From: an uncultured archaeon
GTDB taxonomy: Archaea > Aenigmatarchaeota > Aenigmatarchaeia > GW2011-AR5
Assembly (NCBI GenBank): GCA_964363955.1
Contig: CAYIKG010000001.1
Coordinates: 1-39,002 of the forward strand
DNA length: 39,002 nucleotides
Direction of reading: 5' to 3'
The notes under the pieces were generated by a model that was not told the DNA's origin, searched no databases, and worked only from the letters and a program-made list of their open reading frames with translations. This document shows, in pieces, positions 15,666 to 24,943 of this stretch. The translations under genes were made by a program, and so were the position numbers. Positions within the stretch are counted from its first letter, which is position 1. The number at the start of each line of letters is the position of its first letter.

Positions 15666-16526
15666 TTATTGTTTTTTTATCAAACGAAAGAACTCGCCTG
15701 CGCGATAACTGCTGCGGACAAATGGACCAGATGCGCAGTAGAGAAAGCCCATATCCTCGGCTATTTTTTTGAAGTGCTCAAATTTATCTGGATGTACGTA
15801 TTCAGTTATCTGTACGTGTTTATTGCTTGGTTGCAAATACTGGCCAAATGTTATTATATCAACGCCTATTGCACGCAAATCGCGCATTGCTTCGATAATT
15901 TCCTGCTCTGTTTCGCCAAGGCCCAGCATCAGCGAGGATTTTGAATATTTTATTCCAAATTCTTTTGACTTTTTCAGCACAAATAATGACTGCTCATAGC
16001 TGGCGCGTGCATCGCGGACATTTTGCAATCTTCTAACTGTCTCGATATTGTGTGCAAAAACATCTGGGCAAGCAGAAACAATAGTTTTTATGCATTCTTC
16101 ATTGCCGCGGAAATCAGGAACAAGAACTTCTATCAGAGTTTTGGGATTTTCTCTTCTAGCTTCTTGAATACATGAAGCAAAATGCTGGGCCCCTTGATCT
16201 GGCAAATCATCGCGATCAACAGAAGTAATGACAATATAGCCAAGCCCCCATTCTTTTACAGCACGAGCCAGCTTTCTTGGCTCTTCATGGTCAAGTACAA
16301 GAGGTCTGCCACTTTTTACAGCGCAGAATCTGCAGCCGCGTGTGCACACATCGCCCATTATCATGAATGTTGCAGTGCCGCTGTTCCAGCACTCACTGAT
16401 GTTAGGACAGTGCGCTTCTTGGCAGACTGTATGGAGATTGTATTTTTTCATTGTGGCATCTATTTTGTCAAAGCTTTCTTCACGCTTCAATTGTATTTTC
16501 AGCCACGGGGGTTTCACAAGTGCCAT
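15666..16526 (-). CDS. lipA: Lipoyl synthase (radical SAM)
   Basis: CEEAHCPNISEC auxiliary cluster motif and CTRGCRFC radical-SAM motif. Confidence 0.95.
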   Translation of the reverse strand: MALVKPPWLKIQLKREESFDKIDATMKKYNLHTVCQEAHCPNISECWNSGTATFMIMGDVCTRGCRFCAVKSGRPLVLDHEEPRKLARAVKEWGLGYIVITSVDRDDLPDQGAQHFASCIQEARRENPKTLIEVLVPDFRGNEECIKTIVSACPDVFAHNIETVRRLQNVRDARASYEQSLFVLKKSKEFGIKYSKSSLMLGLGETEQEIIEAMRDLRAIGVDIITFGQYLQPSNKHVQITEYVHPDKFEHFKKIAEDMGFLYCASGPFVRSSYRAGEFFRLIKKQ

Positions 16527-16677
16527 ATGTAATTTAATGTTTTTCCATTAAATAAACTTGTTTGACATGAAATTTCTTTATCATGAACAGTTTCTTTGAC
16601 AGATTCAGTAGAACGTGCCTTGATCGAAGCATAGCATGAATTCTCTTTATTTAAAATTTTTATGACAAGCTTCAAAG

Positions 16678-17358
16678 ATGGCAAAGAAAATAAAAGCCGT
16701 AATTTTTGATCTTGACAATACTCTAATAGATTTCATGGGAGCTAAAGAAGCGTCTATAAATGCATCAATAGATGCAATGATAAAAGCTGGCTTACGAATG
16801 GAGAAAAAGAAAGCTTGGAAAATTCTCTTTGAGCTTTACAAGAAATATGGCATAGAGCATGGCAAGATATTCCAGAAATTTCTCATGAAGACAACGGGCA
16901 GCGTGGACATGAGATTGCTGTCAGCTGCAATAGTCGCTTACCGAAATGTCCAAGCTGGCTATCACAAACCTTATCCAAATGCAGAACGCACAATAAAATA
17001 TCTGCAAAGCAAAGGCTACAAACTTGCCATAATTTCTAATGCACCAGTAATAAAGGCGTGGATAAGATTGACAGAAATAGGGCTTGCTAATTATTTTACT
17101 GTCATCATAGCTTCTGATGTCGGTAAAAAACCATCTTCAAAGCCTTTCAGGGCTGCGCTGAAAAATCTTGGAGTAAAGCCGCAAAACGTGCTTTACGTGG
17201 GCGATGACCCAAGGCGCGACATAAAAGGTGCAAAAAACATGGGGATGAAGACAGCATTGGCTCTGTATGGATTGCACAAATCACACGAGAAATACGTGAA
17301 GAATCATCAACCAGACTACAAGCTGAAGAAAGTCAGCGACTTGCTGCGCATTGTCTGA
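16678..17358 (+). CDS. HAD-superfamily hydrolase
   Basis: AVIFDLDNTLIDF (motif I), ISNAP (motif II), GDDPRRDIKGA (motif IV). Confidence 0.85.
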   Translation: MAKKIKAVIFDLDNTLIDFMGAKEASINASIDAMIKAGLRMEKKKAWKILFELYKKYGIEHGKIFQKFLMKTTGSVDMRLLSAAIVAYRNVQAGYHKPYPNAERTIKYLQSKGYKLAIISNAPVIKAWIRLTEIGLANYFTVIIASDVGKKPSSKPFRAALKNLGVKPQNVLYVGDDPRRDIKGAKNMGMKTALALYGLHKSHEKYVKNHQPDYKLKKVSDLLRIV

Positions 17359-17521
17359 ATACACTGTGTAAAATATATACTAGAGTAAATAAATATATAT
17401 ATCCCAGAACATAAATGCTTATAAGATATTATTGTTACTATAAAGTAATGAATAGCCAAATAAGATGCCGGGATGTTTATTACCAACTGTAATAACTTAG
17501 GTGAAAAGGGATGAAAATACG

Positions 17522-18154
17522 ATGAACTATTATCAGGACTATTATCAAATACTTGGTGTGCATAGAAATGCAACAGAAAAAGAGATAAAAAAGGGTTATC
17601 TTCAGAGAGCTTTCAGGTACCATCCTGACCGCAATCAATCACCAGACGCCAACGAGAGAATGAAAGAAATAAACATTGCTTATGAGACTTTATCCGATCC
17701 TAAAAGAAGAGCAGATTATAATAGACGATCTTATTCTGGTTCAACAACTAGAAGTCATGCTGAAGCACGATCAGCTAGTCCAAATTACACATCAAGACAT
17801 TATACAGGACAAGAATACGAGTTTCGAGTACCTGATGCCATGGAGATGGTAAGAAAAGCTAAACAGAAAGTAACTGAAGTGCCTGGTGTATTGCGAAGGA
17901 ATTTGACACGTGAAAGAATGCTTGCATATTCTCCGCTAATGGGCGGTGTTGCAGTGAGTGGTTTGGCCGCACTAGGTTTGGAATTATTCAGATCTGATGA
18001 AGTATACAGTATAATTGATAATTCGAGGGTAAGTGCTGAAACTATGCGTTTACAAAATGTCGCTTATAGTACTATTGCTGGAACTGCATCTTCTGTCGGC
18101 TTCTATATGATAAGAAGAAAGAGAAGATCGAAAAACAATAAACTTTCTAAATGA
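17522..18154 (+). CDS. J-domain protein with two predicted C-terminal hydrophobic segments
   Basis: DYYQILGV...YRKLAxxYHPDRN-type J domain (YHPDRNQSPDANERMKEINIAYETLSDPKRRADYN). Hydrophobic stretches GGVAVSGLAALGL and IAGTASSVGFYMI. ATG 17522 is preferred over the ORF-track GTG at 17501. Confidence 0.8.
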   Translation: MNYYQDYYQILGVHRNATEKEIKKGYLQRAFRYHPDRNQSPDANERMKEINIAYETLSDPKRRADYNRRSYSGSTTRSHAEARSASPNYTSRHYTGQEYEFRVPDAMEMVRKAKQKVTEVPGVLRRNLTRERMLAYSPLMGGVAVSGLAALGLELFRSDEVYSIIDNSRVSAETMRLQNVAYSTIAGTASSVGFYMIRRKRRSKNNKLSK

Positions 18155-18196
18155 TATTAACAGTTTGCAAAATTTTCCCCTCTTGCAGAATCTTGG

Positions 18197-19285
18197 TCAC
18201 TTGAACTTGGCCTTCAGTTTGTCCATTATTGCTTGGTAGCCCTTATTATATTCAAGCTCTTCTGGAATCAATGTTGCTGGGTGCACAAAGCCCTGCTCGC
18301 GCATATATTCTGCTTTTATCGTTGCTTTTTTTCTGAAATAATCCCAGTCAGGTGTTGCAAAGGCATCTACTGGGCCAGTAAACTTTCCTTCATGCACACT
18401 GAACAATGCGCAGCTTACAATAGGTATGCAATAATTAGCACTTGCCGTGCTGTTTATCTTGACAGGCATCAGCGGCACGTGATGGCTCCCTCTTGTATTG
18501 CCTGCAACATAATGAGCTGTCTTGAAAACAGAGCAAGCTTCTTCAGTAGCTGGGAACTGTTTCTGCAGTCTTATTAGTGCAGCTGGATCATCTTTTCCGA
18601 CGTACGTGCCTGCTATATTATGAAGCCTGTCTGTGGTTGCATTGAGTATAGGCTCTCCATCCCTTGTGAAAACAGAATCAACTACATAACGGCCTGGGTA
18701 CATGAGGGCAGCAGCAATGGTAAAAATGTCCTCAGGTGTATAAAGATCGGCTTTCTTTCCTTCTATTACGTCCATGACAATGAATTTAACGCCTTTTGTG
18801 AGCTCTGGATTTAAAAGCAAGCCAGAATGCGCCGAAGGCTCGCAGAACATGCGATAAAACGGGAAGTTAAACGCACCTGGCTCTGTTTTATCAGCTGTTA
18901 CAAGTGCAAATGCCTCATTTGGTCGCTCTTCAAATTCGAGCTCTGCAACACCAGGCCCCATGCCTTTGACATTGCCGGAAAATGCTGTCTTAAGCAGGTC
19001 TTGTCCTGCACCATAAAGGCCCTGCTGCTTGGCAACATCTGTGCCTTGCATAAAGGCATCGAATGCAAGCTTGTGCACGTCTGGATGGCCAATGCCCTTT
19101 TTGTGGGTCATCAGTATATGAATGTCGTCGCCTGTGTAGCCTAAATAAACATCTATGAGAAGGCCTTTTTTTATGCCATTGTTTATTACAAAATCCCTAA
19201 CAGCAGCAAGAACTTCATCACTTGGTCTTGTATGTCCGCCAATAGAGCCTATATCTGCTTTGATTGCTGTGAGAGTAATTTTCAT
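18197..19285 (-). CDS. fbp: Bifunctional fructose-1,6-bisphosphate aldolase/phosphatase (class V FBPase)
   Basis: 362 aa. The N-terminus MKITLTAIKADIGSIGGH and the overall length match the archaeal FBP aldolase/phosphatase family. Confidence 0.95.
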   Translation of the reverse strand: MKITLTAIKADIGSIGGHTRPSDEVLAAVRDFVINNGIKKGLLIDVYLGYTGDDIHILMTHKKGIGHPDVHKLAFDAFMQGTDVAKQQGLYGAGQDLLKTAFSGNVKGMGPGVAELEFEERPNEAFALVTADKTEPGAFNFPFYRMFCEPSAHSGLLLNPELTKGVKFIVMDVIEGKKADLYTPEDIFTIAAALMYPGRYVVDSVFTRDGEPILNATTDRLHNIAGTYVGKDDPAALIRLQKQFPATEEACSVFKTAHYVAGNTRGSHHVPLMPVKINSTASANYCIPIVSCALFSVHEGKFTGPVDAFATPDWDYFRKKATIKAEYMREQGFVHPATLIPEELEYNKGYQAIMDKLKAKFK

Positions 19286-19319
19286 ACAACTTTCTACAAT
19301 GTTAAAGAATATAAACTTA

Positions 19320-19583
19320 TTACTTTCCTAATGCCCATTTCTTAAAATTTTCATAGCTTGTCGAGCCGCAGATCCACTTGCCTGTTTTTGTGTTGAAGAA
19401 AAAAGGCACCCCGCCGCATTTGCCCTTGTCATAACTATCCATGAGCCTTGCGTTTGCCTCGTTGTGCCAGACTTCGATACGCTTTATCTTTACACCTTCT
19501 TCTTTTTCCAGTCTCTCGATTAATGGCTTCATATCATTGCAGTGGACGCATTCAGTTCCATAGAATTCAAGTAGCTCATCCAT
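19320..19583 (-). CDS. Small thioredoxin-fold protein (glutaredoxin/thioredoxin-like, CVHC)
   Basis: 87 aa with a CxxC near the N-terminus (YGTECVHC) and a GVPFFF cis-Pro loop region. Confidence 0.75.
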   Translation of the reverse strand: MDELLEFYGTECVHCNDMKPLIERLEKEEGVKIKRIEVWHNEANARLMDSYDKGKCGGVPFFFNTKTGKWICGSTSYENFKKWALGK

Positions 19584-19592
19584 TTTATAACC

Positions 19593-20948
19593 TCATTTTT
19601 TTGAATTGCTGTATTCAACAAGCTTTGCTATAGATTCAACTGCTTCTTCTGGAAATGTATAGCATGATACATTATTTGCTTCTACATTCTTTTTCAGCAA
19701 TTCTGTGAATTCGCCGCCAGTAGAAACAACGATTATCGGCTTTTTCTTCAGGTCATTTGCCTCGATTATAACATCAACTATGTCCGTAGTCACAAGTGGC
19801 GTCTGATAAAGGACTACAAGCAATATAATATCAACATTTGGATCGCTCATTGCTATATTAATAGCTGTTTTATATCTTTCAGTCGTTGCGTCGCCAAGCA
19901 GGTCGAGTGGATTTTCTGTTTTAAGGCCAAGCTTTTTTATCGCTTTTACTGATTCCCTATTCAGCTTTGCCATGTTCAAGCCATTTTTTACAATTGCGTC
20001 AGAGCTCAATATGCCGTAGCCACCGCCATTTGTGATGACCTGTATCCTTTTTCCTTTTGGCTTTATGCATTTTTCAAATATTTTTGCAAAGTGAAACATC
20101 TTGCCGAGCGTATCTGCTATTACCATGTTGCTTTGCTTGAACGCACCATGATAAATGTCCGCGCTACCTGCTAAAGATCCGGTATGAGACATTATTGCCT
20201 TTGAACCTTGATCTGTTGTGCCGCCCTTAATGGCAATAATAGGCTTCTTACTCGAAACTTTGCTTGCGATGCGCATGAATTTTTTTCCGTCCTTTATGCC
20301 TTCAACATACAGGCAGATTACCTTTGTTTTTTCATCCTTGCCAAGATACTCGATGAGGTCTGACTCGTCAATGCTCATAGCATTGCCGTAGCTGATAAAT
20401 TTAGAAAAGCCATAGCCCTGTTCTGTTGCCAAATCGAGTATCGCAGATCCAATGGCACCTGATTGGCAGACAAAGCTTATGCCGCCTTCTTTAGGGCGTG
20501 AAAGACGGTACCTTGGAAGGAATAATGTATCCAGCTTTGTATGCGCATCAAAACAGCCAAGACAGTTAGGACCTATGCATCTTATCTTGTACTTCTTGAG
20601 CAATGATTCTAACCGCTTATCCAGACTGTAATTGCCCTCTTCCTTAAAGCCAGATGAAACTATGATAACATCTCTGATACCTTTCTTGCCGCATTCCCTT
20701 ACAACTTCTGGCACAGCAGGTGCTGGCACTGAAATTACTGCAAGGTCTATTTTTTCTTCTATATCAAGAACACTTTTGTATGCTTTGTAGCCGATTATTT
20801 TGTCTGCGTTCGGGTTTACAATAAATATCTTGCCCTGGAAGCCGCCGTCCAAAAAGTTTCTGAGTATGACGTGGCCAACCTTTTTCGGGTCTCTGGACAC
20901 GCCGATTATGGCAATATTTTTTGCGCAGAAAAAATTGTCAAGATTCAT
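19593..20948 (-). CDS. acdA: ADP-forming acetyl-CoA synthetase, alpha subunit (CoA-binding and ligase-CoA domains)
   Basis: NIAIIGVSRDPKKVG, PNCLG, GAIG..., MSHTGSLAG (phosphohistidine loop). Start set at ATG 20948 (MNLDNFF); the 48-codon upstream extension is hydrophobic read-through of the promoter gap. Confidence 0.9.
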   Translation of the reverse strand: MNLDNFFCAKNIAIIGVSRDPKKVGHVILRNFLDGGFQGKIFIVNPNADKIIGYKAYKSVLDIEEKIDLAVISVPAPAVPEVVRECGKKGIRDVIIVSSGFKEEGNYSLDKRLESLLKKYKIRCIGPNCLGCFDAHTKLDTLFLPRYRLSRPKEGGISFVCQSGAIGSAILDLATEQGYGFSKFISYGNAMSIDESDLIEYLGKDEKTKVICLYVEGIKDGKKFMRIASKVSSKKPIIAIKGGTTDQGSKAIMSHTGSLAGSADIYHGAFKQSNMVIADTLGKMFHFAKIFEKCIKPKGKRIQVITNGGGYGILSSDAIVKNGLNMAKLNRESVKAIKKLGLKTENPLDLLGDATTERYKTAINIAMSDPNVDIILLVVLYQTPLVTTDIVDVIIEANDLKKKPIIVVSTGGEFTELLKKNVEANNVSCYTFPEEAVESIAKLVEYSNSKK

Positions 20949-20997
20949 GAAGATATTTATTAAAAGAAGAATAAAAACTTGAGGAACCAACAAGAAA
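20949..20997. promoter_or_regulatory. 49-nt divergent acdA/acdB promoter region with A/T boxes
   Basis: atatttattaaaag and aataaaaac lie about 22-35 nt from the two divergent ATGs. Confidence 0.4.
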
Positions 20998-21627
20998 ATG
21001 ATGAATATGATAGTTCTAGGCAAAGAAGCAGAAAAAATCCTTCGCTTGCCGACTGCCCGGAGCGAATACGTAAAGAATTCGGAACACCTCATAAGGATTT
21101 CAAAGAAGTCCGGATTTCCAATTGTTCTAAAAATAATCTCAGGAAAAGCAGTTCATAAAACCGAAGTAAATGCTGTGCGCATAGTGCAAGATTCAGCCGA
21201 ACTCAGGAAACATTACATCGACCTTGGCATGAGAGCAAAAAAAATGAACGGCAAATTACTTGCCCAGGAATTTGTAAGGGGCAGAGAGTTCGTCGTAGGC
21301 ATAAAGAAGGATCCTGTTTTTGGCCATGCGATTATGTTTGGTATCGGCGGCACGTTGGTAGAAGCCCTACACGACGTTTCTTTCCGAATATGCCCAATAA
21401 GCAGCCATGACGCGAATTCGATGATAAACGAATTAAAATACAAGAGCCTTCTCTACGGATTTCGCGGCGAGAAACCGGTTAACGTAAAGGCGATAAAATC
21501 AATACTCGTTAAAGTTTCAAAGCTAAAAGCACTGAAAAAGATAAGCGAACTGGACATAAACCCCCTCATAGCCAACGAAAAAACAGCAAAGGTAGTCGAT
21601 GTCAGAATAAGCGTAATATCGGTTTAA
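20998..21627 (+). CDS. acdB: ADP-forming acetyl-CoA synthetase, beta subunit (ATP-grasp)
   Basis: 209 aa. GFPIVLKIIS...HKTEVNAVRI, MFGIGGTLVE, ELDINPL. Confidence 0.85.
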   Translation: MMNMIVLGKEAEKILRLPTARSEYVKNSEHLIRISKKSGFPIVLKIISGKAVHKTEVNAVRIVQDSAELRKHYIDLGMRAKKMNGKLLAQEFVRGREFVVGIKKDPVFGHAIMFGIGGTLVEALHDVSFRICPISSHDANSMINELKYKSLLYGFRGEKPVNVKAIKSILVKVSKLKALKKISELDINPLIANEKTAKVVDVRISVISV

Positions 21628-21651
21628 ATCATTTTTCTGCTTATCTAATTT

Positions 21652-22275
21652 ATGGAACTTCAAGAACATTATGAAAAAAGAAAGGACGAAATCAAAGGCC
21701 GCCTCAACGAATTTTCAAAAATGATGCAGAAAAGCGATGAAGAAATATTCGAGGAGCTTGTTTTCTGTCTGCTCACGCCTCAATCAAAAGCGCGCACATG
21801 CGACAAAGCTGTGAAAAAGCTGAAAGAAAAAGGTCTGCTCTTCAATGGCGACGTAAAAGACGTGAAGGCTTGGATAGCAGGCGTCAGGTTCCCCAATGAA
21901 AAAGCAAAACACGTTGTTGCAGCCCGCAAAACTTTTGTTAATGGGAATAATGTTAAATTGAAGGACAAATTAAATGGCGATAACAAAGAGATCAGAGAAT
22001 GGCTGGTAAAGAATGTGAAAGGCCTTGGCTATAAAGAAGCGTCGCACTTTTTGCGCAATATAGGCATTGGCTTTGATTTTGCTATACTGGACAGGCACAT
22101 AATGAAAAATCTCAAAAAATATAGCGTTATCGATGATGTGCCGAAAACACTTACGCCAAAGAAATATCTGGAAATAGAAGAGAAAATGAAGCAATTCTCT
22201 GAGCGCATAGGAATATCGCTACCGGAACTGGATCTGCTTTTCTGGAGTATGGAGGCAGGAGAGGTTTTCAAATAA
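21652..22275 (+). CDS. ogg: N-glycosylase/DNA lyase (archaeal Ogg2-type 8-oxoguanine glycosylase, HhH-GPD)
   Basis: 207 aa. LLTPQSKA, VRFPNEKAKH, GLGYKEASHFLRNIG, ILDRHI. Confidence 0.9.
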   Translation: MELQEHYEKRKDEIKGRLNEFSKMMQKSDEEIFEELVFCLLTPQSKARTCDKAVKKLKEKGLLFNGDVKDVKAWIAGVRFPNEKAKHVVAARKTFVNGNNVKLKDKLNGDNKEIREWLVKNVKGLGYKEASHFLRNIGIGFDFAILDRHIMKNLKKYSVIDDVPKTLTPKKYLEIEEKMKQFSERIGISLPELDLLFWSMEAGEVFK

Positions 22276-22970
22276 TGACCCAATATCTTTTCATGGAAGA
22301 CAGCTACACGAAGGAATTTTCAGCAACCGTGGCAAACGCAAACGGCAATGAGGCAGAATTGGACAAGACTGCTTTTTATCCAGAAGGCGGCGGGCAGCCA
22401 TGTGATCTTGGAATGGTTGAAAGTGACGGTGTTATATATAACATAATTCATGTGAGAAAAGAAGATGGCAAAATTATTCACGTTGTAGATAAGGAAGGCC
22501 TGAAAAACGGTGATGAAGTCAACTGCAAACTAGACTGGCAAAGGCGATATGCACTAATGCGCAACCATACTGCTGCGCATATATTAAGCGAAGTTGTTCA
22601 CAGGGAGACAGGCGCAATGATAACAGGGAACCAGCTTGGCGTTGATAAGACGCGCATTGATTTCTCGCTTGAAGATTTTAATAAATAAAAAGTGAGCGAA
22701 TATATTGAAAAGACAAACGAGCTTCTCAAACAGAATGTGCCCATAAAAACTTATTTCATTTCATGGGATGAAGCTGATGAAAATATAACAAAGCTGGCGA
22801 TGGGTATAGCTGGCCATGAGAAGGTGCGCATCGTCGAGATAGGCAATATAGACAAGCAGGCAGACGGCGGGACTCATGTTGCAAATATCAATGAAGTCGG
22901 GCACATAGAGCTTGTGAAAATAGAGAACAAAGGCAAAAACAACAGGCGTATTTATTTCAGAGTTGTCTAA
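22275..22970 (+). pseudogene. alaX: AlaX-type alanyl-tRNA editing protein interrupted by one in-frame TAA (22686-22688)
   Basis: ORFs 22275-22688 and 22692-22970 are in the same frame and together give a colinear ~230-aa AlaX-M. HTAAH is in the first part. The second zinc motif reads DGGTH instead of the usual CGGTH. Confidence 0.75.
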
Positions 22971-23656
22971 TTAACTATCTTTATTATCTTTGCAACTTCT
23001 TTCGACTTCCTTATCTCGACGACATCGCCATCGTGCAGGCGCAGCATATTCGGATCATTGTCATAGGATAATAATGCAACGCCACGAACCATTTTTATCT
23101 TGATTGTAGAATTTTCTTTTAAGACCATGTGTGGCATCTTTTTTACGAGATTGTTGAATGCGATGCCTATACCCTTGCTAAATTTTTTTCTTGTTATAGA
23201 ATAAAAATAGCCAGTAGAGCCAAACGGTGTTGAAGCAATAAGCCCGTCACCAATAAGAACATCGTCGATCTGCTTTTTGTTTACGCTGATTACGAACCTT
23301 GTGGCGTGTATCTGAGAAGCATTTCTTAAAGTGAATTCATTCATGCAATACATCTTTCGCTGCTTTGCGGTTGCCTGGAGCTTTGTCTTCTTTTCTATCC
23401 GGTATTTCTTTGATTTTATTTTATTGATTAGCCCGTGCAGCGAGTCCCAGTCGCAGTTATAACATATAGACTTATCGCGTATAGGAAGCTTTGGCACTCC
23501 TGGGTACCAGCGCTCAGCTAAAAGCAAAGTTCCATCGCCACCAAGAGATATTACAATATCAGGCTTATGGGAATAAATAAAACCAGATTTCTTCAGGACT
23601 CTTTTGTAATACCGTACGACATAACTGTCTCTGCCGACTATTGCGATTTTCATCAT
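22967..23656 (-). CDS. nadK: NAD kinase
   Basis: 229 aa with GGDGTLL and a downstream NE...D region typical of NAD kinases. Confidence 0.9.
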   Translation of the reverse strand: MMKIAIVGRDSYVVRYYKRVLKKSGFIYSHKPDIVISLGGDGTLLLAERWYPGVPKLPIRDKSICYNCDWDSLHGLINKIKSKKYRIEKKTKLQATAKQRKMYCMNEFTLRNASQIHATRFVISVNKKQIDDVLIGDGLIASTPFGSTGYFYSITRKKFSKGIGIAFNNLVKKMPHMVLKENSTIKIKMVRGVALLSYDNDPNMLRLHDGDVVEIRKSKEVAKIIKIVN

Positions 23657-24942
23657 AATATCTCTCTTATAGAATCTTCAAAAATATCCAATCCGCGTAA
23701 AGCTTGATTTTTTGTTATTATGAGAGGCGGACATATTCTTATGGTACTTCTGCCTGCGGGAAGCAGAAGCAATCCCTTTTCGCTGGCTTTGCACAATATT
23801 GCTCCTCTTTCTTTATCTCCGTATTTCTTGCTTCTTTTGTCTTTGACTATTTCTACGCCAATCATAAGGCCAATGCCACGCACATCTCCAACAATTTCAT
23901 GCTTGTCTTTGATTTCTTCAAGTCGCTTAAGCATTATCTTTCCAATCTTTTTTGCATTTTCTCCTAATTTCTTCTGCCTCATAAAATCCAAGGAAGCAAT
24001 GCCAGCTGCGCACGCAAGCAAGTTGCCGCCAAATGTATTTGCATGAGACCCGCTTGACCAATCCATTATTTCTTTTCTTGCTATTGTCGCACCAAGAGGA
24101 ATGCCTCCGCCTACGGCTTTGCTCATTGAAACTATGTCAGGCTTTGCACCAAAATTTTCTATTGCCAGGAACTTGCCTGTTCTGAAGCAGCCAGATTGAA
24201 CTTCGTCGTCGCACATAAGAATATTGTATTCATTGCACAATTTACGCACACCGCGAATAAATGATTTTGGTGGCACCACATATCCGCCTTCGCCTTGTAT
24301 TGGCTCAAGAAAAATTGAAGCAACATCTCTTGTCTGTTTTATCTCTTTTTCCAGTTCATTTAAGCAATGCTCTGCACAATTGTCGCCCATCCTATATGGA
24401 TAAGGGTATTTCACATGCTTTACTGGCAAAAAAGGATCAAATCTTTTTCTTTGCACGGGCTTTGAGTTTGTCAGTGAAAGTGATCCCATCGTACGGCCAT
24501 GGAATGCATTTTCAAAAGCTATTGTCCATTTTTTTTTTGAGTGCCACCTGGCAAGCTTGTACGCGCACTCTACAGCTTCTGTGCCTGAATTTGATAAAAA
24601 TACTTTGTCAAATCCAGGGAGAAACGCAAGAAGTTTTTCTGCAAAGCGCACGGGCAATTCAGCATAGAAATCAGAAAAAGCTGAGTGAATACCATATTTC
24701 ATTTGCCTTTGTACAGACTTTGTTACAGCTGGGTTTGTGTGGCCTATGTTTGCAACAGCCACAGCAGCTGAAAAATCCAGATAGCGCCGGCCATCGACAT
24801 CCCAAACATAGCAGTCTTTTGCCCTGCGAAAGACAAAAGAATACTCCCGCGTCACAGAAGGTGATATAGCTTTATGATCCCTTTGTACTATTTTCACAGA
24901 TCTTCTTCCTGGCTTGCGACAGATAAATTTTATTTTTTCCAT
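23653..24942 (-). CDS. Class III PLP aminotransferase (4-aminobutyrate/acetylornithine aminotransferase-like)
   Basis: SNSGTEAVE, DEVQSGCFRTGK, SKAVGGG (PLP lysine). ATG 24942 sits 2 nt after the upstream stop; the alternative start at 24978 would overlap by 35 nt. Confidence 0.9.
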   Translation of the reverse strand: MEKIKFICRKPGRRSVKIVQRDHKAISPSVTREYSFVFRRAKDCYVWDVDGRRYLDFSAAVAVANIGHTNPAVTKSVQRQMKYGIHSAFSDFYAELPVRFAEKLLAFLPGFDKVFLSNSGTEAVECAYKLARWHSKKKWTIAFENAFHGRTMGSLSLTNSKPVQRKRFDPFLPVKHVKYPYPYRMGDNCAEHCLNELEKEIKQTRDVASIFLEPIQGEGGYVVPPKSFIRGVRKLCNEYNILMCDDEVQSGCFRTGKFLAIENFGAKPDIVSMSKAVGGGIPLGATIARKEIMDWSSGSHANTFGGNLLACAAGIASLDFMRQKKLGENAKKIGKIMLKRLEEIKDKHEIVGDVRGIGLMIGVEIVKDKRSKKYGDKERGAILCKASEKGLLLLPAGRSTIRICPPLIITKNQALRGLDIFEDSIREIL

Positions 24943-24943
24943 A

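Noticed and set aside
20949-21092. 48-codon N-terminal extension of acdA in the ORF track
   Set aside because: It would overlap the divergent acdB gene and encodes a hydrophobic, non-homologous leader. The family N-terminus (NIAIIGVS) follows ATG 20948 at the usual distance.
24261-24869. 202-aa plus-strand ORF
   Set aside because: It is antisense to the class III aminotransferase. No start context or motifs.
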